Positions 28,500 through 40,850 of a stretch of DNA of 64,000 bases are shown piece after piece; within the stretch, counting starts at the first letter, position 1, and each line of letters starts with the position of its first letter. A program made the position numbers and the translations under genes. The stretch is taken from NCBI RefSeq assembly GCF_018977255.1, contig NW_024704742.1, positions 8,186,001 through 8,250,000 of the forward strand. The letters are read 5' to 3'. The DNA is from Callorhinchus milii. Lineage: Eukaryota. Below the pieces are notes generated by a model. It did not search any database, was not told where the DNA came from, and saw only the letters and a list, made by a program, of their open reading frames with translations.

Positions 28500-29085
28500 A
28501 AATCCAACGGCGTGAGCTGTGAACAGAGTGAGACTTGGTGAAGGAATTTGGTGAGAGTGGGAACAGGGGGCTTATATATACATATCAAAAAAGTTTTTAA
28601 AAAACTTCTGGGAATATGGCGGAACAGCTGAGACCTGTTTCAGCATACTGTGTGCCCTGTGGAAGCTCCAGAATGCTTCACCTGTATTGGACAACCACAT
28701 GAGCAGAAAGTGCCCCTGGCTGTTCAAGCTCGAGCTCAGGGTTTCTGAGATTCAGTAGAGGCTGGTATCACTGTAGTACATTCAGGAAGCTGAAGCCTTT
28801 ATGGAGGTGGTCACCCCACAATTACAGAAAGTTCAGGAGGAGAGTAAGTGGGTGACCACCCTGTATGGTAGGAAGAGGAGACAAGTAGTGCAGAAATCTT
28901 GGCGCCAGGGTGGAGGATCTCATGGAACAGGTACACAACATTCTGTGGGGGGGAAGGAGAACAGCCAGAAGTCTTGTTGGAATGTTGGAACTGATGACGT
29001 AGGAAAGAAAAGGGTAGAGGTCCTACAGGCAGAGTTTCAGGAGCTCATGAGGAGATGAAAGAGCAGGACTTCAAAGGTGGTGATC
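28500..29085 (+). mobile_element. CR1 LINE 5'/ORF1 fragment
   Basis: Similar to 33070-34140 (GAACAGAGTGA..GAATTTGGTGAGAGTGGGAA; GAGCTCAGGGTTTCTGAG; VGTDDVGKKR). Confidence 0.75.
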
Positions 29086-29965
29086 AGCACGGAAACAGCC
29101 CTGGTCAAAGTCACTAACAACAGTCTGTCCACCTGTGACCAGGGCTCTCTCTGCCACCTTGTCCTCCTTGATCTCTCTGTTGCCTTTTACACTGTCAACC
29201 ATTCTATCCTCCACCACCACCTTTCCTCTCAGTTCATCCTTCACTGACCTGCCCTTGCCTGGTTCAAATTCTACCTCTCCCACGATCTCCACTTTGTCTC
29301 CACTAACAGCTGCTCCTCCGGCCCCCAGTCCGTCAAGAGTGGCATCCCTCAGTGCTCTCTCCTTTGGTCCCCACCTTTTCAACATCTACATGCTCCAACT
29401 TGGTGACAAAATCCATAGACATGGGGTCAATGACACCCAACTCTATTCCGGGACCACTGCTGTCCTCACAAACTGTTTGTCGGACATCAAGTCCTGGATG
29501 AGAGCTAACTTTCCCCAGTTGAATGTCAACAAGACCAAGGCCCTCCTGCTTGGCTCCTGTCAGTACATCCACACCTTGGGCGCTGATATCAACACTCTTC
29601 ATGGATGCACACTACCACATGGAACCAATGCAGAACCTCAGTGTCCTGTTCAACCCTCAACTGTTGTTCATTAACCCCATCCATGCCATGAATCACTCCG
29701 TCTTCCCCCCACCTCTGAACATTGCCTGGCTACACCATTGTCTCTCACTGCAGGCCACGAAGACCCTCATCCACACATTCATCACATCCAGGCTTGACTA
29801 CAGAAACTGCCTACTTGTCGGCCTCCCCAACTCCTCCCTCCATAGGGTGCAGATCATCCAGAACTCTGCAGCCCATGTCCTCACCCGCACCAAGCTCCAC
29901 GACCCTATCACCCCCATCCTCGCCTAACTCCACTGGCTTCCCATCACACAGCGGATACAGTTCAA
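29086..29965 (+). mobile_element. L2-clade LINE RT fragment
   Basis: STETALVKV-like start, FGPHLFNIYML, LIHTFITSRLDYRN, RVQIIQNSAA. Confidence 0.85.
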
Positions 29966-30281
29966 TAATAATAATAATCCTTGCATTTGATATAGCGCTT
30001 TGCACGTCGGGAGGACGTCCCAAAGCGCTTCACAGAACACACTGTAAAGTGAATTGACTGTATATTTGTGGGCAAACGCGGCAGCCAATTGCGCACAGCA
30101 ATGTCCCACAAACAGTCGTAGATTGAAAATGACCAATTTATTATTGTTTGTTTTTTTGGAGGGATTATTATTAGGAGTGTGGAGTAAGGAAACTTGCCCA
30201 AGGTTTCGCCCTCTGCCTGGAATTGAACTCAGGTCTCTCGCTTACAAAGCGAGTGCTCTAACCACTGAGCTACAGGACTCC
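29964..30281 (-). mobile_element. DeuSINE, young short subfamily
   Basis: Near-identical to 14401-14717; truncates the L2 fragment to its left. Confidence 0.9.
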
Positions 30282-33069
30282 ATTGTATACTGCAATCAGC
30301 AAATTGTCCCTCAAGGGCAGGCTGTTTTCTAAATAAACCTGTCACATTCTGTACTATCTAACCTGGTATCTGTGAATAGTATTCTCACTAAATCATACAT
30401 AAATACAGTATTATTTTTCATCTGACAGGGAGCCAGTGGAGTTTGGCAAGGACTGGGGTAATCGGGGTTCAGAGTTTAGTGTGGGTGAGAATGCGGGCAT
30501 CGGAGTTTTGGATGAGTTGAATTTTGTGAATAGTGGAGGAGGGGAGACTGACGAGGAGGGCATTTGAGTAGTCCAGCCAAGTGGTGACGAAGGTGTGGAC
30601 AAGGGTTTCGGCAGCTTGTGGAGTGAAGTATTGTCAGAGACGGGCAATGTGGCAGAGGTGAAGGAAAGACCAGATTTGATTTGAAAGGCAACAACAAATT
30701 ACATTTGTATAACACCTTTCACATTAGGAGGAAGTCCCAAAGCACAGGACAGTTAGGGATTTGGACCCAAGCTGGTGGTTGGGATCAGGAGGGGTGGAGG
30801 GCAGGGAGGGTAGGGATAGGAGGGTGACAGAATCACAAGTTAATAAATTACATCATTGTGACTAAAAACCCCAAAAGCCTGATACCCACCTGGTCTTAGC
30901 CATCGGCCTTCATTTTGGTCAGGTGTCTGAGACACGTGCAAATCCACCACCATGCTAAAAGAGTATCCAACCCATATAAGAGTTACAGATATGCCTGCCA
31001 CGCATACGCGGAAATTCCCTTTGTCTTGAATGGAATGCATATTCTCTCCCTGGAGGGACTTAACATAAGTTAAGAGCCAAGACTTGATGATCTCAGATTT
31101 CACCACCACAACAACAACTTGCATTTATATAGCGCACTTCACGTGGAGTAGCATCCTGGAGCACTTGACAGTGTCGGAGTCTGATCCCGAGCCAGGGGGA
31201 CAGGGAGCAGGTAGGTGTCTGTAAGCATGATCAAAGAAGGTCTTTAGTTCAAGATCCTGGTCCTCACCTTCAAAGCCCTCCATGGCCTTGCTCCCTCCTA
31301 CCTCTGTGACCTCCTAACCCCCTACCATTCTGCTCACTCCCTCCACTCAGCGGGTTCTGACCTGTTTCACATCCCCCGTCTTGCCCACCCCACCATTGGT
31401 GGGCAGGTCTTCGGCCACTCTGGTACGCCATCCCATAGCCCCGGGGGCAACGCACCCTCCCTTGCCTCCTTCAAGACCAGGGGAGAAAGACCAGGGGAGC
31501 ATTGTGAGGCTACAGCGCCACAGGTAACTCGCTCGAAGGTTTGCTTACAGCGCCATGTGTGCTGCTATTTAAATCGAGGCGGTTGGGGGGTGGGGGGGAA
31601 GGCAACCTTCTGGTTGACACAGGTCAGATTCCCTAGAGAGGAATATCCTCGGGTCACACAAGCAATGGTTCGTATTTCTGTTCCAGAAACATACCGATAT
31701 TTACACAGCGTCTTTGACATGTTGGAAGGATGTGTTGACCCTGTCGTCTGGGCACCTGAGCTGTGGGTGGGAACTGAGCCGAGGGAATTGGGATGGGGAG
31801 GGAAAAAGATGACCGAGATAGTTAGGTCTTGCCGTGCCTTGAAAGAGGGAGGAAGGGAGTCACAGGGACTCCAGAAATGAGGTCCAGAGAGTGATGGTGG
31901 GGCAGATGGGCGTTTGCTCCTCAAAGGGAACGGCCGGGTTGGGAGATTGCAGAGGTAGGGTAGTGGGTGGGGTGGGGAGTGAACGAAGGGGATAGAGGAG
32001 TTTGTCACTGGAGAAAGAGGGAGTTTCTGTGAGGTAACTCGGTGTCTGTCCTTGTGCGTCCCCTGCGGTGGCTCCAATCATCCACAGAACACTGCCCTCA
32101 ATTCTCCTCACCCTTAATCACTCTCTCCCCCCACCTCACACCCCCCCACACACACACTCTCACTCCTCCTCACATTCTCACACTCTTAATCCCCTCTCAA
32201 TTACTCTTTCTCACTCCGCCTCTCACACATTTTCTCTATTCCCCTCAATCACTCAGTTTCTTTTTCTCCCCCTCTCCCTCATATTCTCTCTCAATCTCAC
32301 CCTCTCCCTCCTCTCACTCTCTCGCACACACGCTCTCGCTCCTCTCAATCCCTCTCTCCCCTTATCAGTTGCGCGGGTCACTATCTGCCGCTGCAGGACT
32401 AAGTTGGTGAGGATGCGTTTGGTGAGAGACGCGCTTGCCTTCCTGACAGACTGCAGTCACGGCCGGTATTATTCACTGTCCGCGCTGGATCCTCCCGACC
32501 GCCGGCTGCTGCCGCTGCCTGGGGAGGACATTCACCGGGGAGGACATTCACCAGGGAGGGAGGTACGGTGGGAGGCAGCGGAAGGTGGAATGTCAGAGAC
32601 GGTCTCGGGCTGGACTGTTGGCCGACTTAAACCATTCAATGAAAATGTGAGTCAGGCTTTTGAAATAATACTCGTCTGAACAATCGACCAAACAGACGTA
32701 CTCAATTGGTACATGTATTTTATATTAAAAGCACAATTCCCACGGTTTTCCATGTATTTAAATTATTATTTTTTATTATAACTCGCAGCCGGTGATGTCT
32801 GAGCTGTAAATGTGCAGCAGTTTAATACCAGCATCAATCATTTGTTTACAAAGTGACTTTCGAACATGAAATCAATGAATATTGAACTGAATGTGTAATA
32901 TTCGAAATCCCCGGTGTTTGACACAAGATACACTCGGCTGCAATATGTGTTGCAGTGATTCACTGTGAATCCGCCCCCCGTAACTGTCTGTGTACATCTG
33001 TGATTCATGTCATACGTAGTTAGATACTCACACATGTATCTCTGATGTAACTGTTACATACACACACAC

Positions 33070-34780
33070 AGAGTGTGAGGTGGAACAGAGTGAAAATTCT
33101 GTTAAGAGATTTGGTGAGAGTGGGAATTCTTCAGCAAGAGATATACCAGAGAGCAAGAGAGAATTCTGATTCACCAGAAGAGTGGGAAATCTATCTCAAA
33201 GTAGAGGCAACCTTATACGTAAAGCTGGCAAACAAGTCAATTAGCAGGTAAACGTAGGTCAGGCGTTGGGGATTAAAAAATCTGCAGACCAGTCAAAATT
33301 GGGCGCTTTTGTTTCAGTCCTACATAAAGGGAAGACTTGCGAGATCCTCACTTGAGTGAGAATTCTGTTAGGGAATTCGGTGCAGAGAGGAACAAGAGGT
33401 GCATAATTACAAAATACAAAATAGTTACATTAAAATAATATAAAATATGTCTGGGAATATGGCAGGGCACAGAGACCTGTTGCACGCACAATGTGTGCCA
33501 TGTGGTGACTCCAAGATGCTTTGTGTGCCCTGGATAAACACATGTGTAGAAAGAGGCACTTTCTACGGCTGCTCGAGCTGGAGCTCAGGGTTTCTGAGCT
33601 TGAGGAGAGGCTGGTGTCACCAGCATACAGGAGGCTGAAGAGTTCATGGATCCAACGTTTCAGGAGGTGGTCACCCCACAGACACAAAGGTGTCAGAAGG
33701 TGAGTGAGTGACCATCTGGCATGGTAGGAAGAGGGGACGGTCAGTGCAGAAATCCCAAGAGTGTGGCATTCACACCAGTTCTCTGTACCCTAACCTGTCA
33801 GGGTGATGACACGTCTGGGGAGAGGAGTCAAAAGCAAATGGATGCACTGGGGGACACAGGGAAGAGTGTTAATGCAATTGTCAATGAGGACACAATTGTG
33901 AAAGGAGTAGACAGGCGTTTCTGCAACCAAAGATGTGACTCTCACATGGTATGTTGTCTCCCTGGTGTCAGGGTTGAAGACATCACAGAACGGGTGCAAA
34001 ACATTCTACGGGGGAAAGGGAACATCCAGAAGTCGTGGTCCATGTTGGGATCCATGACGTAGGGATAAAAAGGGCTCAGATCCTACAGGGATAGTAGCAG
34101 AAGCTCGGGAAAAAGCTAAAGAGTAGGACCCAAAATGTGGTAATCTCTGGTTTACTCCCAATGCCTCGTACAAGTGAGTATCAAAACAGCAGGATCAACC
34201 ACATGAATGCATGGCTGGAAAAATGGTGCAGAAAGGAGGGCTTCAGGTTCTTGGAATATTGGCACCAGTTTTGGTGCAGGTGGGACCTGTACAAGGTGGA
34301 TGGGTTACACCTGAATGGACTAGGACCAATATCCTCACAGGGAGGTTAACTCGTGCTGTGGCGAAGGGTTTAAACTAATTTTGAGGGGGTAAGGGAATGT
34401 CTGATGCAGCATCAGAGAGGACAAGGGACATAGAAAGGGACAAGGAATAATCAAAGGTGAAGATACTCAACTGGAAGAGGGCTAATTTCAGTGAGTTAAA
34501 AAGGGACGTAACCAAGGTGGACTAGAAAGAAAGATTGGCCGGTAAAACAGCTAATCAGCAATGGGAAGTCTTCAAGGAGGAGATCGTTCAGGGACAGAAC
34601 AAAAACATTCCCAAAAGAGGAAAGGTCGGGCATCCAAACCTCCCTGGACGAATAAGGAAATCGGGATTAAGATAAAATAGAAAAAGGAGGTTTATGATAA
34701 ATGTCAGGTCCAAAATACAGGAGAAAATCAAACAGAATATAGAAAGTACAGAGGAGAACTGAAAAGGGAAATAAGAAGGG
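33070..34780 (+). mobile_element. CR1 LINE 5' part: repetitive 5' UTR, ORF1 (Zn finger/leucine zipper plus SGNH esterase), deleted start of ORF2
   Basis: HMCRKRHFLRLLELELRVSELEERL, MVCCLPGVRVEDIT, VVISGLLP...WCRKEGFRFL...DGLHLN. Confidence 0.85.
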
Positions 34781-34984
34781 CACTGGCACACGCGCTGACA
34801 AAGTGTGTGTTGTCAGTGTGTGTCACACACCGACACACAGCAACACACAAAGTGACACACAAAGTGACACACACCGACATACACACTGACACACACATAC
34901 ACAGACTGGCACACACAGACTGACAGTGATACACAGTGACACATACACACACCATGACACTGACATACAGTGACACACACACAC

Positions 34985-36236
34985 AATAACAAAATTACAT
35001 TTGTAAAGCACCTTTCACGTCCAGAGGATGTCCCAAGGCGCTGGACGGACGGAGTTATGGACCCGAACTGAGGGTCGGAGTGGGGAGGAAGGAGGGCAGG
35101 GGTGAAGCAAGGAGATTGAAAGCACGATCGAAGAGGATGGTCTTGAGATGGGTCTTGAAGGTGGCGAGGGAGAGGGCGAGGCAGAGGGACTGCGTGATGG
35201 TGTTCCAGTAGATGGGGGCAAAGTGGCAGAAGGCCTACCTGTCAATAGTGGGCGAGCAAGGCGGGGGACGTGAAGCAGGTCGGTGCCCGCTGAGCAGAAG
35301 GAGTGAGCAGGATGGTAGGGGGTTAGGAGGTCACAGAAATAGGGGGAGCAAGACTGTGGAGGGCTTTAAGGTGAGGATCAGGATCTTGAACCGTATCCTC
35401 TGTGTGATGGGAAGCCAGTGGTTTCAGGTGAGGATGTTGGTGATAAGAGTTGCGGAGCCTCGTGCAGGTGAGGACATGGGCTGCAGACATCTGGATGTTC
35501 TGCAGCCTATAGAGGGAGGAGTTGGGGAGGCCAACAGGCAAGGAGTCTGCATAGTCAAGCCTCGATGTAATGAAAGCATGTATGGGGTTTCAGCGGCCTG
35601 CGTTGTGACAGTGGTGGAGATGGGCGATGTTGCGGAGGTGGGGGAAGGCAGAGTGGGTCATGGCGCAGATGTGGGATAGAAAGGATAATTGATGGTCAAA
35701 CAGGACCCGAAGGATCCAGATTGGCTTAGCAAAGTGGAGTGTGCAACCATGGATTGTGATGCTGTCAGCGCCTGAGGTGAGTTGATGTTCAATTGAAGAA
35801 AGTTAGGTCTCATCCAGGACTTAAGTTTTGACAGACATTCTGTCAGGACAGCAGTGGTCCTGGAGTTAATGGTGGAGGCAGAGAGGTGCAGTTGGGTGTC
35901 ATCCGCATACATGTGGAAGTTGACCCCATGTCTGCGGATGATGTCACCAAGAGGGAGCATATAGGTATTGAAGAGGAGGCGACCAAGGACAGAGCCCTGA
36001 GGAACGCCGCACGAGATGGTCCGGGGGCTGGAGGAGAAGCCATTGGAGGAGATGAAGTGCAGGCGGTGTGAGAGGTACGATCTGAACCAATCAAGGACAG
36101 TGCCGTGGAGGTTGAGGTGAGGGAAGAGGCAGTGGATGAGGATAGAGTGGTCGACGGTGTCAAAAGCCGTAGAGAGGTCAAAGAGGATGAGGAGACAGCG
36201 GGAGCCCTGGTCACTGATGGACAGAATGTCATTTGA
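34985..36236 (-). mobile_element. L2-clade LINE RT to 3' end
   Basis: LILFDLSTAFDTVDH, CGVPQGSVLG, FHMYADDTQL in ORF 35658-36401; LINE tail near 35000. Confidence 0.9.
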
Positions 36237-36237
36237 C

Positions 36238-36920
36238 GCACAGAGTGACACAGTCACACACAGTGACACACATACACATACAGTCACGCACACACAGTGA
36301 CACACAGTGACACACATATACACACACATACACACACAGTCACGCACACAGTCACTCAGTGACACACATACACACAGTGACACAGTCACACACAGTGACA
36401 CACATACACACAGTCACACACACACAGTGACACAGTCACACACAGTGACACACATATACACGCACATACACACACACAATCACACAGTGACACACATACA
36501 CAGTGACACAGTCACACACAGTGACACACATACACACACAGTCACGCACACACAGTGACATAGTCACACACACACAGTCACACACACAGTGACACAGTCA
36601 CACACACAGTGACACACAGTGACAGTCACACACAGTGAAACAGTGAGTCACACACACAGTGACACACAGTGACACTGTCACACACACAGTGACACAGTGA
36701 CACACACAGTGAAACAGTGACACAGTCACACACACAGTGACAGTCACACACACAGCCACACAGTGAGTCACAGTGACACACAGTGACACACACAGTCACA
36801 CAGTGACACAGTCAGTGACACACACAGTGACACAGTCACAGTGACACACACAGTGACACAGTCACAGTGACACACACAGTGACACACACGGTGACACACA
36901 CGGTGACACACGCGGTGACG
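36238..36920. repeat. CAGTGACACA-type satellite downstream of the LGALS3BP stop
   Basis: Visible tandem units. Confidence 0.9.
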
Positions 36921-36956
36921 CGATGCAGACCGACTGTGTGGGTGGGAGAGGGCGAG

Positions 36957-38076
36957 TCAGTGAGTGACGGTGGGTCTGACCACGAAGCGGAGAGCGGAGA
37001 ATCCGGAGTCGCAGCTGAAGTGGGGGCCGAGGGCCGTGAAGGAGGGGACGGCGGCGCGGCCGCCCTGCAGCGGGAGCGCGAGCGCCACCTGACTGCCGCA
37101 CAGGAACAGCACCAGGTTGCGGTAGGCGATGCCGGGGTGGGCGGAGTCAGGGTCGGGGTGGGCGGGGTCAGGGCCGGGGTGGGCGGGGTCAGGGCCGGGG
37201 TGGGCGGGGTCCGGGCTGAGCGTCACCACGGGGTAGCCGCGGGGGGGGCAGGAGGCCTGGCTGTGACGACAGGCCTGGGCGCTCGGGTGATAGGCCGCGG
37301 CCCAGCGCACGCGCACGGAGCTGTAGTAGCGGCTGGGGAAGCGCGCGGTGCTGAAGGTGAGGCCGGGGGAGGCGGGGCGCCGGAAGCTCAGCTGGTGCAC
37401 GTACCGGAAGCCGTCGTAGCGCAGCGCGGGGGCGGGGTCCGGCGGCGCCCCCGGGTCGGCCGGCTCGAGCGGCAGCAGCGCGGTCCAATCGGGGCCCGTG
37501 TAGATGCGCGGCTCCACCCCCAGCCCCGCCCCCAGCCTGGCCACCGGAAGCGAGTGGAAGCGGAAGGCCTGGAGCAGGCGCTGCAGCAGGAAGCTGTCGC
37601 GCTGCAGCTCGGGCCCGCGCTGGCTCTGCAGCGCCACCAGCTGCTCGGGCGAGAACATGGCGAAGCGGAGCCGCCCGAGCAGCTCGTGCCGCAGCCCCGG
37701 CCCCGCCGCCCGGGGCAGGAGCCAGGCCTCCACCGCCCGGTACAGGGACAGCTCGCCGTGCAGCACCAGGTCGGAGCGGAGCAGCAGCGCCGACAGCTGC
37801 CGGGCCTCGAGCCGGAGCCAGGCCGAGGACTGGCTGAAGGCCTGGCAGTTCAGGGCCAGGTACCGCAGGCACAGGCCCCGCAGCTCGGCCTCCTGAGCGG
37901 CCTCGGCGTAGCTGTACAGCTGCAGCTGGAGCGCGAAGCTGCGGTCCTGGGGCAGCAGCTGGTAAAGCAGCTGGTGACAGGCCTCCCGCAGCGCCCGCAC
38001 CCCGTAACTGCTCGCCAGCTCGTGCACACACCGCACCGAGGCCAGAGTGATGTCCATGCTCTTGGTGTAGAAGTAC
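36957..38076 (-). CDS. LGALS3BP: LGALS3BP-like, terminal exon (end of BTB, BACK domain, C-terminal domain; YFYTKSMDITLASVRCVHELASSYG...LRFVVRPTVTH*)
   Basis: 1120 nt inside ORF 36957-38180 after a poly-C tract and ctcag|. Recognisable motifs: YFY..DITL.SV.C.H.LAS.YG, LLPQDRSF, CLRYLALNC, LLLRSDL, PRIYTGPDW, RFVVRP. The five exons total 1806 nt = 601 aa + stop. Confidence 0.92.
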
Positions 38077-39007
38077 CTGAGGGGGGGGGGGGGGACACGG
38101 CTGGTCAGGCTCTCCCTCCCCCCCTCACACTCTCCCTCACACACACTCACTCCCTCACACACACACTCACACACACTCACTCACACACACTCCCTCACAC
38201 ACACTCACTCCCTCACACTCACTCACTCCCTCACACACACTCACTCCCTCACACACACTCACTCCCTCACACACACTCACTCCCTCACACACACTCACTC
38301 CCTCACACACACTCACTCACACACACACACTCACTCACACACACTCACTCACTCCCTCACACACAATCACTCACACACTCACTCACACTCACTCACTCCC
38401 TCACACACTCCCTCACACACTCCCTCTCCCACACACACTCCCTCACACTCTTCCTCCCTCACACACACACACTCCCTCCCTCACACACTTTTCCTCCCTC
38501 ACACACACACACACTCCCTTCCTCTCTCACACACTCTTCCCCCCACACTCTCCATCACTCTCTCTGTCTTGACTCTTTGAGGTGTCTCAAAGACGTGATA
38601 AGGCGCCATATCAAATACAAGGATTATTATTATTATCACACACTCTCCCTCCCTCTCATACAGCTGGTCTGTGCTGAGTTTGCTGATATCAGCTCGGGGT
38701 GCAATAAAGATACTAAAACTTGACATCAAAACCCCAGAATTATGGAAGAAAAGCAACGACTCGTTCCAAAAAAAATAATAAATTCTCACAATTTCCAATG
38801 AAAATGTTTTTTCTCCCGTTTCCAGATTCTGCTTTCTCACTCTCCTTTGTGTCTCACTAACAAAAAAACACATTCCAAACCCAAGCAGAGCTGGGAGAAA
38901 TTAGAATATTATATCTTCAGATCCGGGGGGATGAGTTGCTCTCCTGTTTGGGAGCAGAGTCTGCAGAAATAGTTCCTTTCACCCATTTCACAACAAAGCC
39001 TATAATC

Positions 39008-39140
39008 ACTGTTTGTGGGACACTGTTGTGTGCAATTGACTCCCGTGTTTCGACCACAAAACTTCACAGTATATTCTGTGAAGCGCTTTAAGACGTCTCG
39101 AAGACGTGATAAGGCGCCATATCAAATGCAAGGATTATTA
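39008..39140 (+). mobile_element. 5'-truncated DeuSINE abutting the duplicated LGALS3BP exon start
   Basis: CTGTTTGTGGGACAC core followed by ...GAAGACGTGATAAGGCGCCATATCAAATGCAAGGATTATTA tail. Confidence 0.85.
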
Positions 39141-39192
39141 TACACATGCCACTGAGGTCAGCGTGATGTCTATGATCTTGTTGTGGAAGTAC
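39138..39192 (-). pseudogene. Duplicated, SINE-truncated copy of the start of the LGALS3BP-like terminal exon (YFHNKIIDITLTSVACV*), possibly an alternative last exon
   Basis: ctgcctcag|G TAC TTC CAC AAC AAG ATC ATA GAC ATC ACG CTG ACC TCA GTG GCA TGT GTA TAA aligns to YFYTKSMDITLASVRCV at 38076; the TAA comes from the adjacent SINE tail. Confidence 0.85.
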
Positions 39193-39271
39193 CTGAGGCA
39201 GTTCAGGCTCTGACTCTCTCTCACACTCCCCCTCTCTTACACTCCCCCTGTTCTCTCTCACTCTCTCTGAC

Positions 39272-39536
39272 CTGATGAAGTCCTCTACGAAGGCCAGACA
39301 GTCTGAGGGCACCACCAGTTGGATGCCTGAGGAACGGTTGTGGCTCAGGCTGTTGCCGTCCTGGCTGAGGGCAAGGATCAGGCGATGTGCGCACAGGTGG
39401 AGCCGCACCGGGCCACCCTGCGCCGTCAGCACCAGGATCTTCACCTGACAGTGTTTCTGGCTCAGGTACAACAGCGATAGTGACTGCTGCAGCTCCATGG
39501 GGCGTTCTAGGTGGTACCCCGGGAACTCAGCCTGGT
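39272..39536 (-). CDS. LGALS3BP: LGALS3BP-like, BTB/POZ exon (DQAEFPGYHLERPMELQQSLSLLYLSQKHC...CAHRLILAL...DCLAFVEDFIR)
   Basis: 265 nt, acag| to AG|gtcaga, phase 1 to 2; BTB 'AHRLILAL' motif in the position expected for galectin-3-binding protein. Confidence 0.88.
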
Positions 39537-39989
39537 CTGTGTGAGAGAGAGTGTATGTGAGTGACAGAGAGACAAAGAGTGTGTGAGAGACGAGAGAGAT
39601 TGTGAGACAGAGTGCGAGTGTATGTGGGAGACCGAGAGAGAGAGTCTATGTGAATGACAGAGAGACAAAGAGTGTGAGCGTGAGAGACAGAGACAAAGAG
39701 TGTGTATGAGAGACTAGAGATTGTGAGACAGTGCGAGTGTATGTGGGAGACCGAGAGAGAGAGAGTGTACGTGAGAGACAGAAAGAGAGAATGTGTGAGA
39801 CACCAAAGAGTGTGAAACAGAGAGGGAGTGAGAGTCACACAGAGAGAGCGAGAGACAGGCAGACTGAGAGACAGAAAGACAGAGAGAGTGTGAAAGAGAC
39901 AGAGTGACCCTGGCAACTGCCTGATCTGGTCACAGAGAACGAGAGAAAATGTGATAAAGAGGGAGAGTCACTCACGAGAGAAAGTGAGT

Positions 39990-40850
39990 GTGAAAGAGTG
40001 AGACAATGCATTCCAGATCTGAACAACTCGCTGTGTGAAACAATTTCTCCTCACCTCCCCTCTGTTTCTTTTAACATCTATTTTAAATCCTCGGGTTACC
40101 GATCCTCCCGCCAGTGAAAATAGTTTCTCCTTGTTCATCCTATCGAATCCCCTCTTCATTTTGAAAATTACAATTCAGTTTCCTCTTAACCTTCTCTACC
40201 CCAAGGAGAATAATCCCGGCTTCTCTATCCTCTCCTGATACCTGAAGTCCCTTATTCCTGATACCTGAAGCCCCTCATTCCTGGTACCATTCTGGTCAAT
40301 CTCCTTTGCATCCTCTCCAATGCCTTGACATCCTTCCTAAGGTGTGGGGTCCAGAACTGAACACAGTCTTGAGCTGAGCCCTAACCAGTGTTTTATAAAG
40401 GTTCACCATAACTTCCTGACTTTTGTACCCGTTATTGTCACTATCGCAACCCCATGTGGCTCTTTGAGCCGCAGCCCACCAGTCATATTTGTCACACTCC
40501 GTGCATTTACGCACATGCACTCCAAGACCAACTTAATCTGTTCTGCATTTCTCCCCCATCTAATCCCTCCTTTTTCTGGACTACTCCTTATTACATTGCG
40601 GTTCGTCTCTCCCTGCCCTCTATGTAATTTGTCGTCTTTAATGTTACATCCTTTTCCCCCCTTGAAATTAGTTTAAACCCTTCCCTACAGAACTAGTTAA
40701 CCTCCCTGTGAGGACATTGGTTCCACCCCTGTTCAGGTGTAACCCATCCACTTGCACAGGTCCCACCTGCACCAAAACTGGTCCCAATGTTCCAGGAAAC
40801 CTGAAGCCCTTCTTTCTGCACCATTTCTCCAGCCATACATTCCTGTGTTA
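39990..40850 (-). mobile_element. Internally deleted CR1 LINE in a LGALS3BP intron
   Basis: YKSQEVMVNLYKTLVRAQL, MKRGFDRMNKEKLFSL, NCFTQRVVQIWNAL (ORF2 C-terminus) joined to the ORF1 esterase end. Confidence 0.85.

Noticed and set aside
31505..31562. Two TACAGCGCCA motifs resembling CTCF sites
   Set aside because: Only half of the CTCF consensus matches; cannot be supported without a motif scan or ChIP data.
32068..32679. Possible TMEM175 first coding exon
   Set aside because: Only a vague resemblance (RMRLVRDALAFL); the RxxxFSD motif and following transmembrane helix are absent.
36867..38723. 618-aa + strand ORF and other overlapping ORFs
   Set aside because: Antisense shadow of the GC-rich LGALS3BP-like exon extended by CA/CT repeats.
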